Assembly: GCA_050012675.1 (NCBI GenBank)
Contig: JBEKGS010000006.1
Coordinates: forward strand, 65,889-129,888
Direction: 5' to 3'
Origin: Acidimicrobiales bacterium
GTDB lineage: Bacteria > Actinomycetota > Acidimicrobiia > Acidimicrobiales > Bog-793
DNA: 64,000 nt
Shown: in pieces, positions 44,885-53,697 of the stretch
Position numbering within the stretch: position 1 is the first letter of the stretch
How the letters are laid out: each line of letters starts with the position of its first letter
Notes under the pieces: model-generated
Seen by the model: the letters and a program-made list of their open reading frames with translations, nothing else
Databases searched by the model: none
Told to the model about the DNA's origin: nothing
Program-made: the position numbers and the translations under genes

Positions 44885-46027
44885 TTGACCCTGCGTAACA
44901 AGGAGACCTCGAAGTCCTCGGCCCGGGTCGCGGGGTCGGCGACCGGCGGTGGTGGCGCGCGCCAGCCAGTACCCGGTCAGGGACGGGTGACGATCAAAGA
45001 CGTGGCCGAGTGGGCCGGTGTATCGCTCGGCACGGTGTCGAACGTGCTGAACCGGCCGGACCGGGTAGCACCCGACACCCTGGCCCGGGTCCAGGACGCG
45101 GTCGACCGGCTGGGTTTTGTCCGAAGCTCAGCCGCGCACCAGATGCGCAGCCGTTCCAACAGCCGGTGTTTCGGTGCCGTCGTGCTCGACGCCTCCAACC
45201 CGTTCTCCACCGAGACCGTACGCGGCCTTGAGGACACCGTGCACGAGCAGGGATCTGCCGTGGTCCTGTGTTCCACCGACGGCTCAGCGGACCGGGAGGC
45301 CCGGTACTTGCGTTGGCTCGAGGAGCAGCGTGTCCAGGGCATCGTCATAACCCCGGCGACGCGCAGCATCCGCCATCTCGAGACCCTGCGGGACAGGGGC
45401 ACTCTTGTTGTGCTCCTCGACAGGCCGAGCAACAAGGGCGAGCTGTGCTCGGTCTCGGTCGATCACGCGCGAGGAGGCGAACTTGCTGCCGGCTACCTGT
45501 TCGATCTCGGGCACCGACGGATCGCTTTCATCAACGGACCGCTTCATCTTTCCCAGTGCGCGGAGCGCCGCCGCGGCATGCGCCGTGCTGCCCGCCAGGC
45601 AGGCTTGAGCCCCGAGGAGAGCATCATCGAGTACACGATCGACCCGATCACCGCCTTCGGGCAGGCCGAGCTCACCGTGGACAAGCTCCTGGCCATCGCG
45701 GACCGGCCGACCGCCGTGGTCTGCGTGAACGACCAGATTGCCTTCAGGGTGCTGCGGGCCTTGGCGGAACGGCGGGTGCGCGTGCCCCGCGACATGAGTG
45801 TCGTCGGGTACGACGACGTCGAATTCGCCTCGATGCTGTCGCCGACCCTCACATCGATCCGCCAACCCAAGTACGCCCTGGGAAGGGCCGCCGCCGAGCT
45901 GCTGATTGCCGAGACCGTCGACCCAACGCACCGCCACGGCGACATCCTTTTCGAGCCGGAGCTCATCGAGCGCCAGTCGACGACGGCGCGCTCGAAGTTG
46001 AACCGCTACAGCCCACGCGGCGCCTGA
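44885..46027 (+). CDS. LacI family transcriptional regulator
   Basis: 380 aa. HTH VTIKDVAEWAGVSLGTVSNVLN followed by a periplasmic-binding-fold effector domain. The true start may be GTG 44987. Confidence 0.9.
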   Translation: MTLRNKETSKSSARVAGSATGGGGARQPVPGQGRVTIKDVAEWAGVSLGTVSNVLNRPDRVAPDTLARVQDAVDRLGFVRSSAAHQMRSRSNSRCFGAVVLDASNPFSTETVRGLEDTVHEQGSAVVLCSTDGSADREARYLRWLEEQRVQGIVITPATRSIRHLETLRDRGTLVVLLDRPSNKGELCSVSVDHARGGELAAGYLFDLGHRRIAFINGPLHLSQCAERRRGMRRAARQAGLSPEESIIEYTIDPITAFGQAELTVDKLLAIADRPTAVVCVNDQIAFRVLRALAERRVRVPRDMSVVGYDDVEFASMLSPTLTSIRQPKYALGRAAAELLIAETVDPTHRHGDILFEPELIERQSTTARSKLNRYSPRGA

Positions 46028-46042
46028 CTCGGACAGCTGAGT

Positions 46043-46915
46043 TTGGTCGCTGACCCGCCGCCGTCTTCGGGGTCGGCGCTGTTCGACGGCCACTGCCATG
46101 CCTGGCGCCGCTGGCCTTATCGCCCTGCGGTGCCCGACGATACGGAGCGGGGAACGATCGACCAGCTCCTGTACGAGATGGACTCCAACGGGGTGGCCGA
46201 GGCACTGGTGGTGTGCGCCGCGATAGACGCGAACAAGGACAACATCGACTACGTCGCCTCCGCCCGCGAGCTACACCCCGGCAGGCTGCACGTCGTGGCC
46301 GACCTCGACTGCACCTGGAGCACCACCTACCACACTCGGGGTAGCGCGGACCGGCTGCGAGTGCTCGACGACCGCTACGAACTGGTCGGCTTCACCCACT
46401 ACCTGGAACAACGCAACGACGGTTGGCTCTTGAGCGAGGAGGCCGACGCCCTCTTCAAGGCCGCCTGCGAGCGACGTCTCATCGTGAGCCTCGCTGCCGG
46501 ACCGTCCTGGCAGGCCGATCTCAGGGTGATCGCGCGCAAGCACCCTGATGTGCCGGTTCTCTGTCACCATCTCGGGGACGTGCGCGCAGGTGACACAGCC
46601 GGACTGGACGAGGTCGTCGCCTCCTCATCGGTGCCGAACATCTATGTGAAGGCGTCCGGGTTCCACTACGCGTCCGCGCGTGGTTGGGACCATCCCTGGC
46701 CGGACGCGCTCTTCATGCTGAGGCGGATCTTCGACTCCTACGGGCCGGGCAGGCTCTGCTGGGGCTCTGACTTCCCGGCCTCGAAGCGGTTCTGCACCTT
46801 TCGCCAGTCGCTCGAAGCCGTGCGCACGCACTGCCGGTTCCTTTCGGCCGAAGATCTTCGCCTCGTGCTCGGCGGGACCCTGCGCGCCGTCCTCGCCGCC
46901 ACAGCGGCCGGCTGA
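46043..46915 (+). CDS. Amidohydrolase-2 family protein (sugar-lactonase / lactone-isomerase-like)
   Basis: 290 aa. N-terminal metal motif FDGHCHAW. Later HHLG and the WGSDFP Asp motif typical of amidohydrolase_2 lactonases. Confidence 0.75.
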   Translation: MVADPPPSSGSALFDGHCHAWRRWPYRPAVPDDTERGTIDQLLYEMDSNGVAEALVVCAAIDANKDNIDYVASARELHPGRLHVVADLDCTWSTTYHTRGSADRLRVLDDRYELVGFTHYLEQRNDGWLLSEEADALFKAACERRLIVSLAAGPSWQADLRVIARKHPDVPVLCHHLGDVRAGDTAGLDEVVASSSVPNIYVKASGFHYASARGWDHPWPDALFMLRRIFDSYGPGRLCWGSDFPASKRFCTFRQSLEAVRTHCRFLSAEDLRLVLGGTLRAVLAATAAG

Positions 46916-46930
46916 GGTCCGCGGCGCGCT

Positions 46931-48022
46931 TCAGCTCGGGTCGACCCGAAGACGGACGGTCCCCGAGGTGAGCTCGCTCCAGGGCTCCAGGCCCTCGAAA
47001 TGTCGCAGGCACTCGTCGACCATGAGGGAGAAGAAGCGCCGCCTGCTCTCCGAGGTGACGCCTGCGACGTGGGGGGACACGAAGACGTTCGGGAGCTCAA
47101 CGAGGGCGGAGTCGGGCGGGAGCGGCTCGGTGTCGAACACGTCCAGGCACGCCACGACGTCACCGCGCCGCAGCCGGTCCAGGAGCGCACCACCGTCCAC
47201 GACCTTGCCACGCGAGACGTTGACGAAAACGCACCCGGGCTTGAGCAGCTCGAGCTCGCGGGCGCCGAGCATGGCTTGCGTGGCGGCGGTGAGCGGCACG
47301 AGAACGAAGACGACGTCGCAGCTGAGAACTGCCGGCAGGGGGCCGAACTCGACTCCGCACGGCTCGGCCAGCTCTCTCGGGACGAACGGGTCGAAGACCC
47401 GTGCCTGGACGTGGAAGGGCTTCAGGAGCTCGACCAGATAGCGCCCCAGGTAGCCGAAGCCAATGAGGCCGACGCTCTTGTGACTCAGCTCGGCATTGTC
47501 GAACCCCGGGCCCGAGCGCTCGGGGACCGGGACGAAGGCGTTCGCGTGGGCGATCATGCGACGGAAGTTGGCCCCGGCGTTGCGAAGGCCTACGAGAGCG
47601 AGGCCGAGTGCCCACTCGGCGGCCGGTCGGGACGAGCCGTGGCTCGTGTCGACCACCCGCACACCTCTTTGTCGTGCGGCCTCGACGTCCAGGCGGTAGG
47701 CGAAGCGGTCGCCTTCGAGCTCTCCGACGAGGCTCAGGAGGGGCGCACCTTCGAGCACCTCCGAGCTCACGTAAGGCGCGCCGTGGCAGACCAACAGGAC
47801 GTCGAGGTCAGCGGCGAAACTCGTCAGCTCCGCCTCCGCCGCCTCGTCGCGGGGAGCCGGTTCACCAAGCTCGGACGCCACCGAGAAGCAGTGGTACGAG
47901 AAATCGGCGACGGTCCCGAGACGGGCGACGTCGCTGTCGGCGACGTAGTTCTGGCGCACGATCTCGTTGCACGCCAGCCCGACTCGGCCACGCCTGTTAG
48001 CCGACGGATACGGGCTGGTCAT
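46931..48022 (-). CDS. D-isomer-specific 2-hydroxyacid dehydrogenase family protein
   Basis: ORF 46931..48193. ATG 48022 overlaps the upstream stop (ATGA). NAD fold GLIGFGYLG, VNVSRG, and catalytic His in SPHVAG. Confidence 0.85.
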   Translation of the reverse strand: MTSPYPSANRRGRVGLACNEIVRQNYVADSDVARLGTVADFSYHCFSVASELGEPAPRDEAAEAELTSFAADLDVLLVCHGAPYVSSEVLEGAPLLSLVGELEGDRFAYRLDVEAARQRGVRVVDTSHGSSRPAAEWALGLALVGLRNAGANFRRMIAHANAFVPVPERSGPGFDNAELSHKSVGLIGFGYLGRYLVELLKPFHVQARVFDPFVPRELAEPCGVEFGPLPAVLSCDVVFVLVPLTAATQAMLGARELELLKPGCVFVNVSRGKVVDGGALLDRLRRGDVVACLDVFDTEPLPPDSALVELPNVFVSPHVAGVTSESRRRFFSLMVDECLRHFEGLEPWSELTSGTVRLRVDPS

Positions 48023-49152
48023 CTGATCGCCACCGAACCGTCCTCGCGTAGCGCCGTGCGGGAGAGGTCGGCTCTTGTGGGCGGGTGCAGCGCCAGTCCG
48101 GCATCGTCGAGCGCGATCCCGAGCCCTGGGCGCTCGGGGGCGAGCAAGTAGCCGTCGCGCACCTCGATCACGTGGTCCACGACGTCGGTCCACTGCGGGC
48201 CGTCCTGGGGCACGTGCTCTTGAACCTCCCAGTTCGGCACGCAGATGCCCAGTTGCACGAGGGCGGCGATCGCCACCGGACCCGACGGCACGGCATGGGG
48301 GATGACACCTGCGTGGAAGGACTCTGCCAGCGCGCAGATCTTCTTCACGTGGGTGATACCCCCTGCGATGCCGACGTCTGGCCGGACGTAGGCGATCCCG
48401 GGCCGTTCGAGGTACTCGGCGAACTCCCAGATGGTCGTGTTTCGCTCGCCGGCCGCGACCGGCAGAGGCACCTTGGAGGCGAAGGCCCGCAGCGCGGCGA
48501 CACTGTCGGGAGGTATCGGGTCCTCGACGAAAAGGGGACGGAAGCGGGCGAGCTCACCGCACAACAGCAGGGCATCGCCGGCCGACATGTTGCGGTGCAG
48601 TTCGACGCCGAGGTCCACCTGCCACCCCACGGTCTCGCGCACCGCGGAGAAGCGCGCCACCAGATCTTCGATTCGAGCCGCCTGGCGCATGGCATGGTGC
48701 TCGTTTTGGAACAACAGGATCTTCAAGGCGCTGTAGCCCTCGGCCTCGACCGCGCGGTGTGCAGCCGCGACCAGCTCCTCGGTCGAGCGCTCGTCGACAA
48801 GTACCTTCATGGCCCGCACGGCGCGGCGGGTGCGGCCACCCAGTAGCTGCCAGACGGGCACCTCGAAGTGCTTTGCCTTGAGGTCCCACAGCGCCTGGTC
48901 CACCGCACTGATGGCCCCGGTCACGGCCATGCCTCGGAAGCAGAGCCCGCGATAGGCCATGTTCCAGTGGTGCTCCACGTCGAATGCGTCGGTGCCCTGG
49001 AGGCTGGCACCGATGGAACCGACTATCTCGGCGACGGCGTTCGGCCAGCCGAAGAACGTGGACTCGCCGACTCCAGTTGTGCCGTCATCGCCCACGACGC
49101 GGACATAGCAGGAGCTGCCGGCAGGAAGGGCTTCGACGGAGGCTATGCGCAT
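48019..49152 (-). CDS. Enolase-superfamily acid-sugar dehydratase (ManD/GalD-like), paralogue 1
   Basis: ORF 48019..49263, starting at ATG 49152 (MRIASVEAL...). AISAVDQALWDLKAKHFEVPVWQLLGG, VELHRN, FVEDP, AAGER, VRPDVGIAGGIT. Confidence 0.85.
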   Translation of the reverse strand: MRIASVEALPAGSSCYVRVVGDDGTTGVGESTFFGWPNAVAEIVGSIGASLQGTDAFDVEHHWNMAYRGLCFRGMAVTGAISAVDQALWDLKAKHFEVPVWQLLGGRTRRAVRAMKVLVDERSTEELVAAAHRAVEAEGYSALKILLFQNEHHAMRQAARIEDLVARFSAVRETVGWQVDLGVELHRNMSAGDALLLCGELARFRPLFVEDPIPPDSVAALRAFASKVPLPVAAGERNTTIWEFAEYLERPGIAYVRPDVGIAGGITHVKKICALAESFHAGVIPHAVPSGPVAIAALVQLGICVPNWEVQEHVPQDGPQWTDVVDHVIEVRDGYLLAPERPGLGIALDDAGLALHPPTRADLSRTALREDGSVAIR

Positions 49153-49216
49153 GATCTTCACCGCTCCTCGCGACTGGTCGACCGCCGGCGGCCGCCGAAT
49201 CGCGTCTAAAGGACGC

Positions 49217-49729
49217 TCAGTCAGAAGGAGGGTAGTAGATGAACTCCGGCTCGATGCGCACACGTGGAGCCGAGATGAGCTCGATGATCACCGGCACCCC
49301 GGGCGCCTGGAAGTAGGCGAAGGCACCGTCGCCTTCGGCACCGAAGCCCCGAGCGCTCTGCAGAGGGACGAAACCGGCACCGAGTGCCTCGGTCACCGCC
49401 TGTGGGTGGTCCGGGACGTACTTGCCGATGTGGTGCAGGCCCTCGCCGTGGTCCGCGAGATGGTCGGCGAAGATGCTCGGCCCACCCAGTGGCTGAACGA
49501 GCTCGAACTGCAGCTCCCCCTGCCACGCGAGCGCGTGACGGAGCGAGAACTCCACCTTTTCGCCGTGGTAGAGCATCTCCTTGAGCCGAGGCGGCTCGAG
49601 CCGGTAGGCGGTCCACGGGCCGATGCCCAAGAGCTCGGCCCACCGCCGCACCGCTTCGTCCAGGTCTTCGACGACCACGGCGCACTGCTTGAAGGGCGGG
49701 GCGAGAAGCGGGGACTGGTCTTGGCTCAT
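49217..49729 (-). CDS. VOC (glyoxalase/dioxygenase fold) family protein
   Basis: ORF 49217..49750. ATG 49729 follows GAAGGAAGAGGA. FKQCAVVVEDLDEAVRRW and GLHHIG. Confidence 0.7.
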   Translation of the reverse strand: MSQDQSPLLAPPFKQCAVVVEDLDEAVRRWAELLGIGPWTAYRLEPPRLKEMLYHGEKVEFSLRHALAWQGELQFELVQPLGGPSIFADHLADHGEGLHHIGKYVPDHPQAVTEALGAGFVPLQSARGFGAEGDGAFAYFQAPGVPVIIELISAPRVRIEPEFIYYPPSD

Positions 49730-49750
49730 GGTTGCATCCTCTTCCTTCAC

Positions 49751-51022
49751 TTAGAGCCCGAGGGCTTGGTCGACGGGCTTCTGGGCGAGCCAGACCGTTC
49801 CGTCGGCAACCTCGCGGATGCGCACGGCACTGCCGCGCGCCCGGGACTCGGCAATCGCCCATACCCCGGCTACCGCGCGGAGACCGCCAAGCCCGTCAAC
49901 CTCGGGCGGCCGGTGGGCGAGGACGGCGTCCGCGAAATCATCGAGCTCAATGGCGATCGTCGCCGCGTCGGCTTCGGCGAAGGCCATGTCGTACTCAGTC
50001 CCCTGTGCGCCGAAGAACGACGCGGCCAGTCCCTCAAGCTCGAAGCCACCGAGTCTCGTGCGCAGCTCCGCGCCGCTCAAGGTGAGATCCCCCAGCTGCA
50101 CCTGGACGGGGCCGCCCGAGCGGTCCGGGGGGACGGTCATCGACCCACGACGGCCGTGCACGCTGCGCTGCACCCATCTCCGCCCGGGTCCGGACGGCAC
50201 GTAGCACAGCTGTATGAGCACGCCGGACACCGTCTCGTACAGGGCGACCAGCGAGTCCTCGCCGGTCGCGCGGATGAGACCGGGAGAGACCTCCTCGAGG
50301 CCCGCCAGCGGCGCTTGCCCCGTGGGGATCGTCCTGAGCGGCTCAGCGATGAAGGCCGATCCGAACACCTGGCCAAGCTCGCCGTGGTAGTAGGAGAAGA
50401 TGTCGGTGTAGTGCACGCCCATGTCGAGGGCGATGGACCCCGATTCGCGCCGGTGGCGCCAGGGGCTGATCACTACGTTGTCGTCGCCGCCGACGTTCGC
50501 CTCGATCATGAGGTGCACCTCGCCCAGCATGCCCGCCTCGAGCACCGCGCGGGCGAGACGGTTCGGTCCGTCCCTGCGGTAGTTCTCGGCTGTGGCCAGC
50601 ACCGCTCCCGAGAGTGCGGCAGCCTCGAGGATGGCCCGGCAAGCCTTCACGGTGATCCCGAGCGGCTTCTCGCAGATGACGTGCACGCCGGCGCGAAGCG
50701 CCGGCACCGCCACGAGGTGATGGACCGAGGGGTCGGTGACCACGTCCAGTGCTTCGACGAGGCCGCTTGCGATCAGCTCGTTGTGGTCGGAGAACACCGC
50801 CGGCCGGGCGCCGAGGAGAGCTTCACTGGCCTCGGCGGCCTCCTCGGCGGCCGAGGCGCGCGGGTCGCACACTGCCGCGACCTCGAAGCGCCCGGCCCTC
50901 TTGGCCTCCAATGCACCGTAGGCGTGCAGATGGCGCCGGCCCATAGCACCGCAACCGACGAGACCGATGGAGAGACGATCCACTTGTGTGCCCCCAGCCG
51001 AGCCTCCGATGAAACTTTTCAT
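49751..51022 (-). CDS. Gfo/Idh/MocA family oxidoreductase
   Basis: 423 aa. Rossmann IGLVGCGAMGRRH and EKP motif (ICEKPLG). Confidence 0.85.
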   Translation of the reverse strand: MKSFIGGSAGGTQVDRLSIGLVGCGAMGRRHLHAYGALEAKRAGRFEVAAVCDPRASAAEEAAEASEALLGARPAVFSDHNELIASGLVEALDVVTDPSVHHLVAVPALRAGVHVICEKPLGITVKACRAILEAAALSGAVLATAENYRRDGPNRLARAVLEAGMLGEVHLMIEANVGGDDNVVISPWRHRRESGSIALDMGVHYTDIFSYYHGELGQVFGSAFIAEPLRTIPTGQAPLAGLEEVSPGLIRATGEDSLVALYETVSGVLIQLCYVPSGPGRRWVQRSVHGRRGSMTVPPDRSGGPVQVQLGDLTLSGAELRTRLGGFELEGLAASFFGAQGTEYDMAFAEADAATIAIELDDFADAVLAHRPPEVDGLGGLRAVAGVWAIAESRARGSAVRIREVADGTVWLAQKPVDQALGL

Positions 51023-51094
51023 CGGAGTGCGACATCATCGAGTATGGCCGCGGGACTGTCAAGCCAGGACTCGGCCAGATCCGGGGCGGGCCCT

Positions 51095-51119
51095 GTTGGC
51101 TCACGTGAGCACAGCCAAC
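51095..51119. promoter_or_regulatory. Nested palindromes in divergent promoter region
   Basis: GTTGGCTCACGTGAGCACAGCCAAC. Contains the perfect 12-bp palindrome GCTCACGTGAGC (51099-51110) and 7-bp arms GTTGGCT/AGCCAAC (51095-51101 / 51113-51119). It sits between the Gfo/Idh/MocA operon and the MIase-like gene. Confidence 0.4.
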
Positions 51120-51150
51120 CGGTGCCTTGGGGCCGGTATCATCCCGGGCC

Positions 51151-51477
51151 GTGGAGTTCCTCGTCGCCATCGAGATCCGCCTGCCGGGGGATCTCGAAGC
51201 TGATCGCCGTGAAGAGATGCTGAAGGCCGAGTACGAGCGGGGGTCCTTGTTGGCGAAAGCGGGCATCGTGAGGTCGATTTGGCGCGTGCCCGGCAAGTTG
51301 GCCAATCGTGGCATCTGGGCGGCGAGCGATCCGACTGCGCTTCACGAGGCGCTCGTGAGCCTGCCGTTGTGGCCGTACATGACAGTGGAGGTTGTCCCTC
51401 TCGCGCGTCACCCACTGGCAGAGCACTGCCAAGGCATCCCGCCCGGGGCGTCCGCCCAGAGCCCGACCGGCGGCTGA
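51151..51477 (+). CDS. Muconolactone delta-isomerase-like protein
   Basis: ORF 51127..51477, starting at GTG 51151. (M)EFLVAIEIRLPGDLEADRREEMLKAEYERGSLLAKAGIVRSIWRVPGKLANRGIWAASDPTALHEALVSLPLWPYMTVEVVPLARHPL matches the MIase family pattern as I remember it. Confidence 0.75.
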   Translation: MEFLVAIEIRLPGDLEADRREEMLKAEYERGSLLAKAGIVRSIWRVPGKLANRGIWAASDPTALHEALVSLPLWPYMTVEVVPLARHPLAEHCQGIPPGASAQSPTGG

Positions 51478-51484
51478 CAGTTTC

Positions 51485-52636
51485 TCAGTGGGCGGCGGCG
51501 ACCGATCCGTCGTCTCGGAGCAGCCCTTCGTCGGACAGGGGACGTTCCTCCACCGGAGCGATGTCGGCGTAGTCCTCCACGAGGCTTATGCCGAGACCCG
51601 GCGCTTCGGGGATCTCGCAATGGCCCCCGTTGCGGACCACTGTTGTGGCGATGGCCGCAGACGACGACGTCTTGTCCTCGTCGAGCGGCAGGTACTCCAT
51701 GGTCACGAGGTTCGGGATGGTCGCGCACAAGTGAAGGGTCGGGGCCGTGAGCCCCGGGCCGAGGAAGTTGTGGGGAACGACCCCGCAGTGGTGCGCTTCG
51801 GCGATGGCGGCGATCTTGCGGCACCCCGAAAGGCCACCGGCGAGGCCGACGTCAGGCCGCACGAGGATGGCGACGTTACGGGAGAGCAGCTCTGTGAACT
51901 CCCAGATCGAGCTGAGGCGCTCGCCCGTCGCGATCGGTGAGTCGATGCGCTTGCAGATCTCGGCCTGGGTGTCGATCGAGTCGATCTGGATGGGGTCCTC
52001 GATGAACAGGGGGCGGAACTGCGACAAGGCGTTGCAGACCACGATGGCCTTGGCCGGGTCGAGCTTGCGGTGCAGCTCGAAGATGAGATCGATCTCGTCC
52101 CCGCCGGCCTCGCGGGCCGCTGCGGCCATGGAGCAGGCCGAGCTCACGAGCTGGCTCATGGAGAGATCCTCGAAGCCGTGTACCAGCGGGTCGAACTTGA
52201 CGGCAGTGAAGCCTTCGTCCACGGCCCAGTTCACCGACGAGACGATCTCGTCGGGAGTACCGCCCCCGACGAGCACGTGCAACCGGACGCGGTCGCGGGT
52301 GCGACCGCCGAGCAGCTCCCAGACGGGCAGCTCGAGCGCCTTGCCCTTGATGTCCCAAAGTGCGAGGTCGATCGCCGACACCGCAGCCGAGAGCAGATTG
52401 CCCCTGAACGGGCGGACGCGGTAGGCGAGGTGCCAGAGATGCTCTATGCGAAATGGGTCTGCGCCCAAGAGCAAAGGAGTCAGCTCGCCGAGCACGCCGG
52501 CGACGCCTCTCGGGTAGCCCCATCCCCCTGACTGGCCGAGCCCGCTGACGCCGCTGTCGGTTGTCACACGGACGAAGGTGTGCTGGCCGGTCAGCTCGCA
52601 GCCGACCTCGAGCACTTCGACGGATGCGATCTTCAC
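51485..52636 (-). CDS. Enolase-superfamily acid-sugar dehydratase (ManD/GalD-like), paralogue 2
   Basis: 383 aa, GTG start after GGGGG. AVSAIDLALWDIKGKALELPVWELLGG, FELHRK, FIEDP, ATGER, VRPDVGLAGGLS. Confidence 0.85.
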   Translation of the reverse strand: MKIASVEVLEVGCELTGQHTFVRVTTDSGVSGLGQSGGWGYPRGVAGVLGELTPLLLGADPFRIEHLWHLAYRVRPFRGNLLSAAVSAIDLALWDIKGKALELPVWELLGGRTRDRVRLHVLVGGGTPDEIVSSVNWAVDEGFTAVKFDPLVHGFEDLSMSQLVSSACSMAAAAREAGGDEIDLIFELHRKLDPAKAIVVCNALSQFRPLFIEDPIQIDSIDTQAEICKRIDSPIATGERLSSIWEFTELLSRNVAILVRPDVGLAGGLSGCRKIAAIAEAHHCGVVPHNFLGPGLTAPTLHLCATIPNLVTMEYLPLDEDKTSSSAAIATTVVRNGGHCEIPEAPGLGISLVEDYADIAPVEERPLSDEGLLRDDGSVAAAH

Positions 52637-52722
52637 GTATTACCCCCAGGTCTCACCACCCGGACCAAGACCGTAGTCCCGCGAGCGGTGCTCGTGCGGG
52701 CGTCAGGCCCGAACTGGCGCGA

Positions 52723-53697
52723 TCAGGCCGTGACGAGCTCGCGGGCGGCCTCGACCACGTCCTGGCACCGCGGCATCCACGCCTGCTCTAAAGCGGCGGC
52801 GTAGGGGACAGGAGTCTCCGCGGAGGCAAGGAGCTTCGGGGCCACGTCGAAGCAATCGAAGTGGTCCGAAGTCATCCGGGCGATCAGCGAAGCGCCCCAT
52901 CCCCCGCCCGGCGGGCCCTCCTGGACGACGAGGAGCCGGGCGGTCTTGGCGAGGCTCTCGGCTACTGCCTGGTCGTCGAAGGGCACAAGCGTGCGTGGAT
53001 CTATGACCTCGGTCTCGATGCCCTCGCGGGTGAGCAGCTGGGCTGCTTCGAGCGCGCGGTGTCGCATCTGCTGGGTGGCCACGACGGTCACGTCGCCCCC
53101 GCGCCGAACCACGCAGGCCTCTCCCAAGCGGTAGGGACCTTCTTTGACGAAGCCTTTCAGCCCCAACAGGTTCTTGTGCTCGAAGACCAGCACGGGGTTG
53201 TCGTCGCGCACCGCGGCGCGCAGCAGGCCGTAGCAGTCCTCCACCGTGCCGGGCACGGCGATCTTGAGGCCGGGCACGCCGAGGAACCAGTTCTCGGTCG
53301 CCTGCGAGTGCTGGGCGGCGAACCCGGCCCCGGCTCCGTTCGCCATTCTCACGGTTACCGGCAGACAGGCCTGACCGCCGGTCAGGTAACGGTACTTGGC
53401 GAGCTGGTTGGCGAGCTGGTCGAAGCAGACGCCGGCGAAGTCGGCGAACATGATCTCGGCTATCGGCCGCAGGCCCATCATCGCCGCCCCGATCGCCGTG
53501 CCGACGATCGCCTGTTCGGAGATTGGCGTGTCGCGCACGCGTTCAGGACCGAAGCGCTCGAAGAGCCCGACGCTCGACTTGAAGACGCCTCCCGCGGCTG
53601 CGACGTCCTCACCGAAGAAGATCACGTCCGGGTCGGCCGCCAGCTCGTCGGCGATGGCCTGGGCGATCGCTTCGCGGCAGGTGAGCTCGGCGGTCAC
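52723..53697 (-). CDS. TPP-dependent 2-oxoacid/acetoin dehydrogenase E1 component, beta subunit
   Basis: ORF 52723..53877. GTG 53697 overlaps the alpha-subunit stop (GTGA). REAIAQAIADELAADPDVIFFGEDV..., RVRDTPISEQAIVG. Confidence 0.9.
   Translation of the reverse strand: MTAELTCREAIAQAIADELAADPDVIFFGEDVAAAGGVFKSSVGLFERFGPERVRDTPISEQAIVGTAIGAAMMGLRPIAEIMFADFAGVCFDQLANQLAKYRYLTGGQACLPVTVRMANGAGAGFAAQHSQATENWFLGVPGLKIAVPGTVEDCYGLLRAAVRDDNPVLVFEHKNLLGLKGFVKEGPYRLGEACVVRRGGDVTVVATQQMRHRALEAAQLLTREGIETEVIDPRTLVPFDDQAVAESLAKTARLLVVQEGPPGGGWGASLIARMTSDHFDCFDVAPKLLASAETPVPYAAALEQAWMPRCQDVVEAARELVTA

Noticed and set aside
49145-51223. A 692-aa plus-strand ORF spanning the VOC and Gfo/Idh/MocA genes.
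   Set aside because: It is antisense to two (partly three) recognisable minus-strand genes with good SDs and coupled stops, and it has no motifs.
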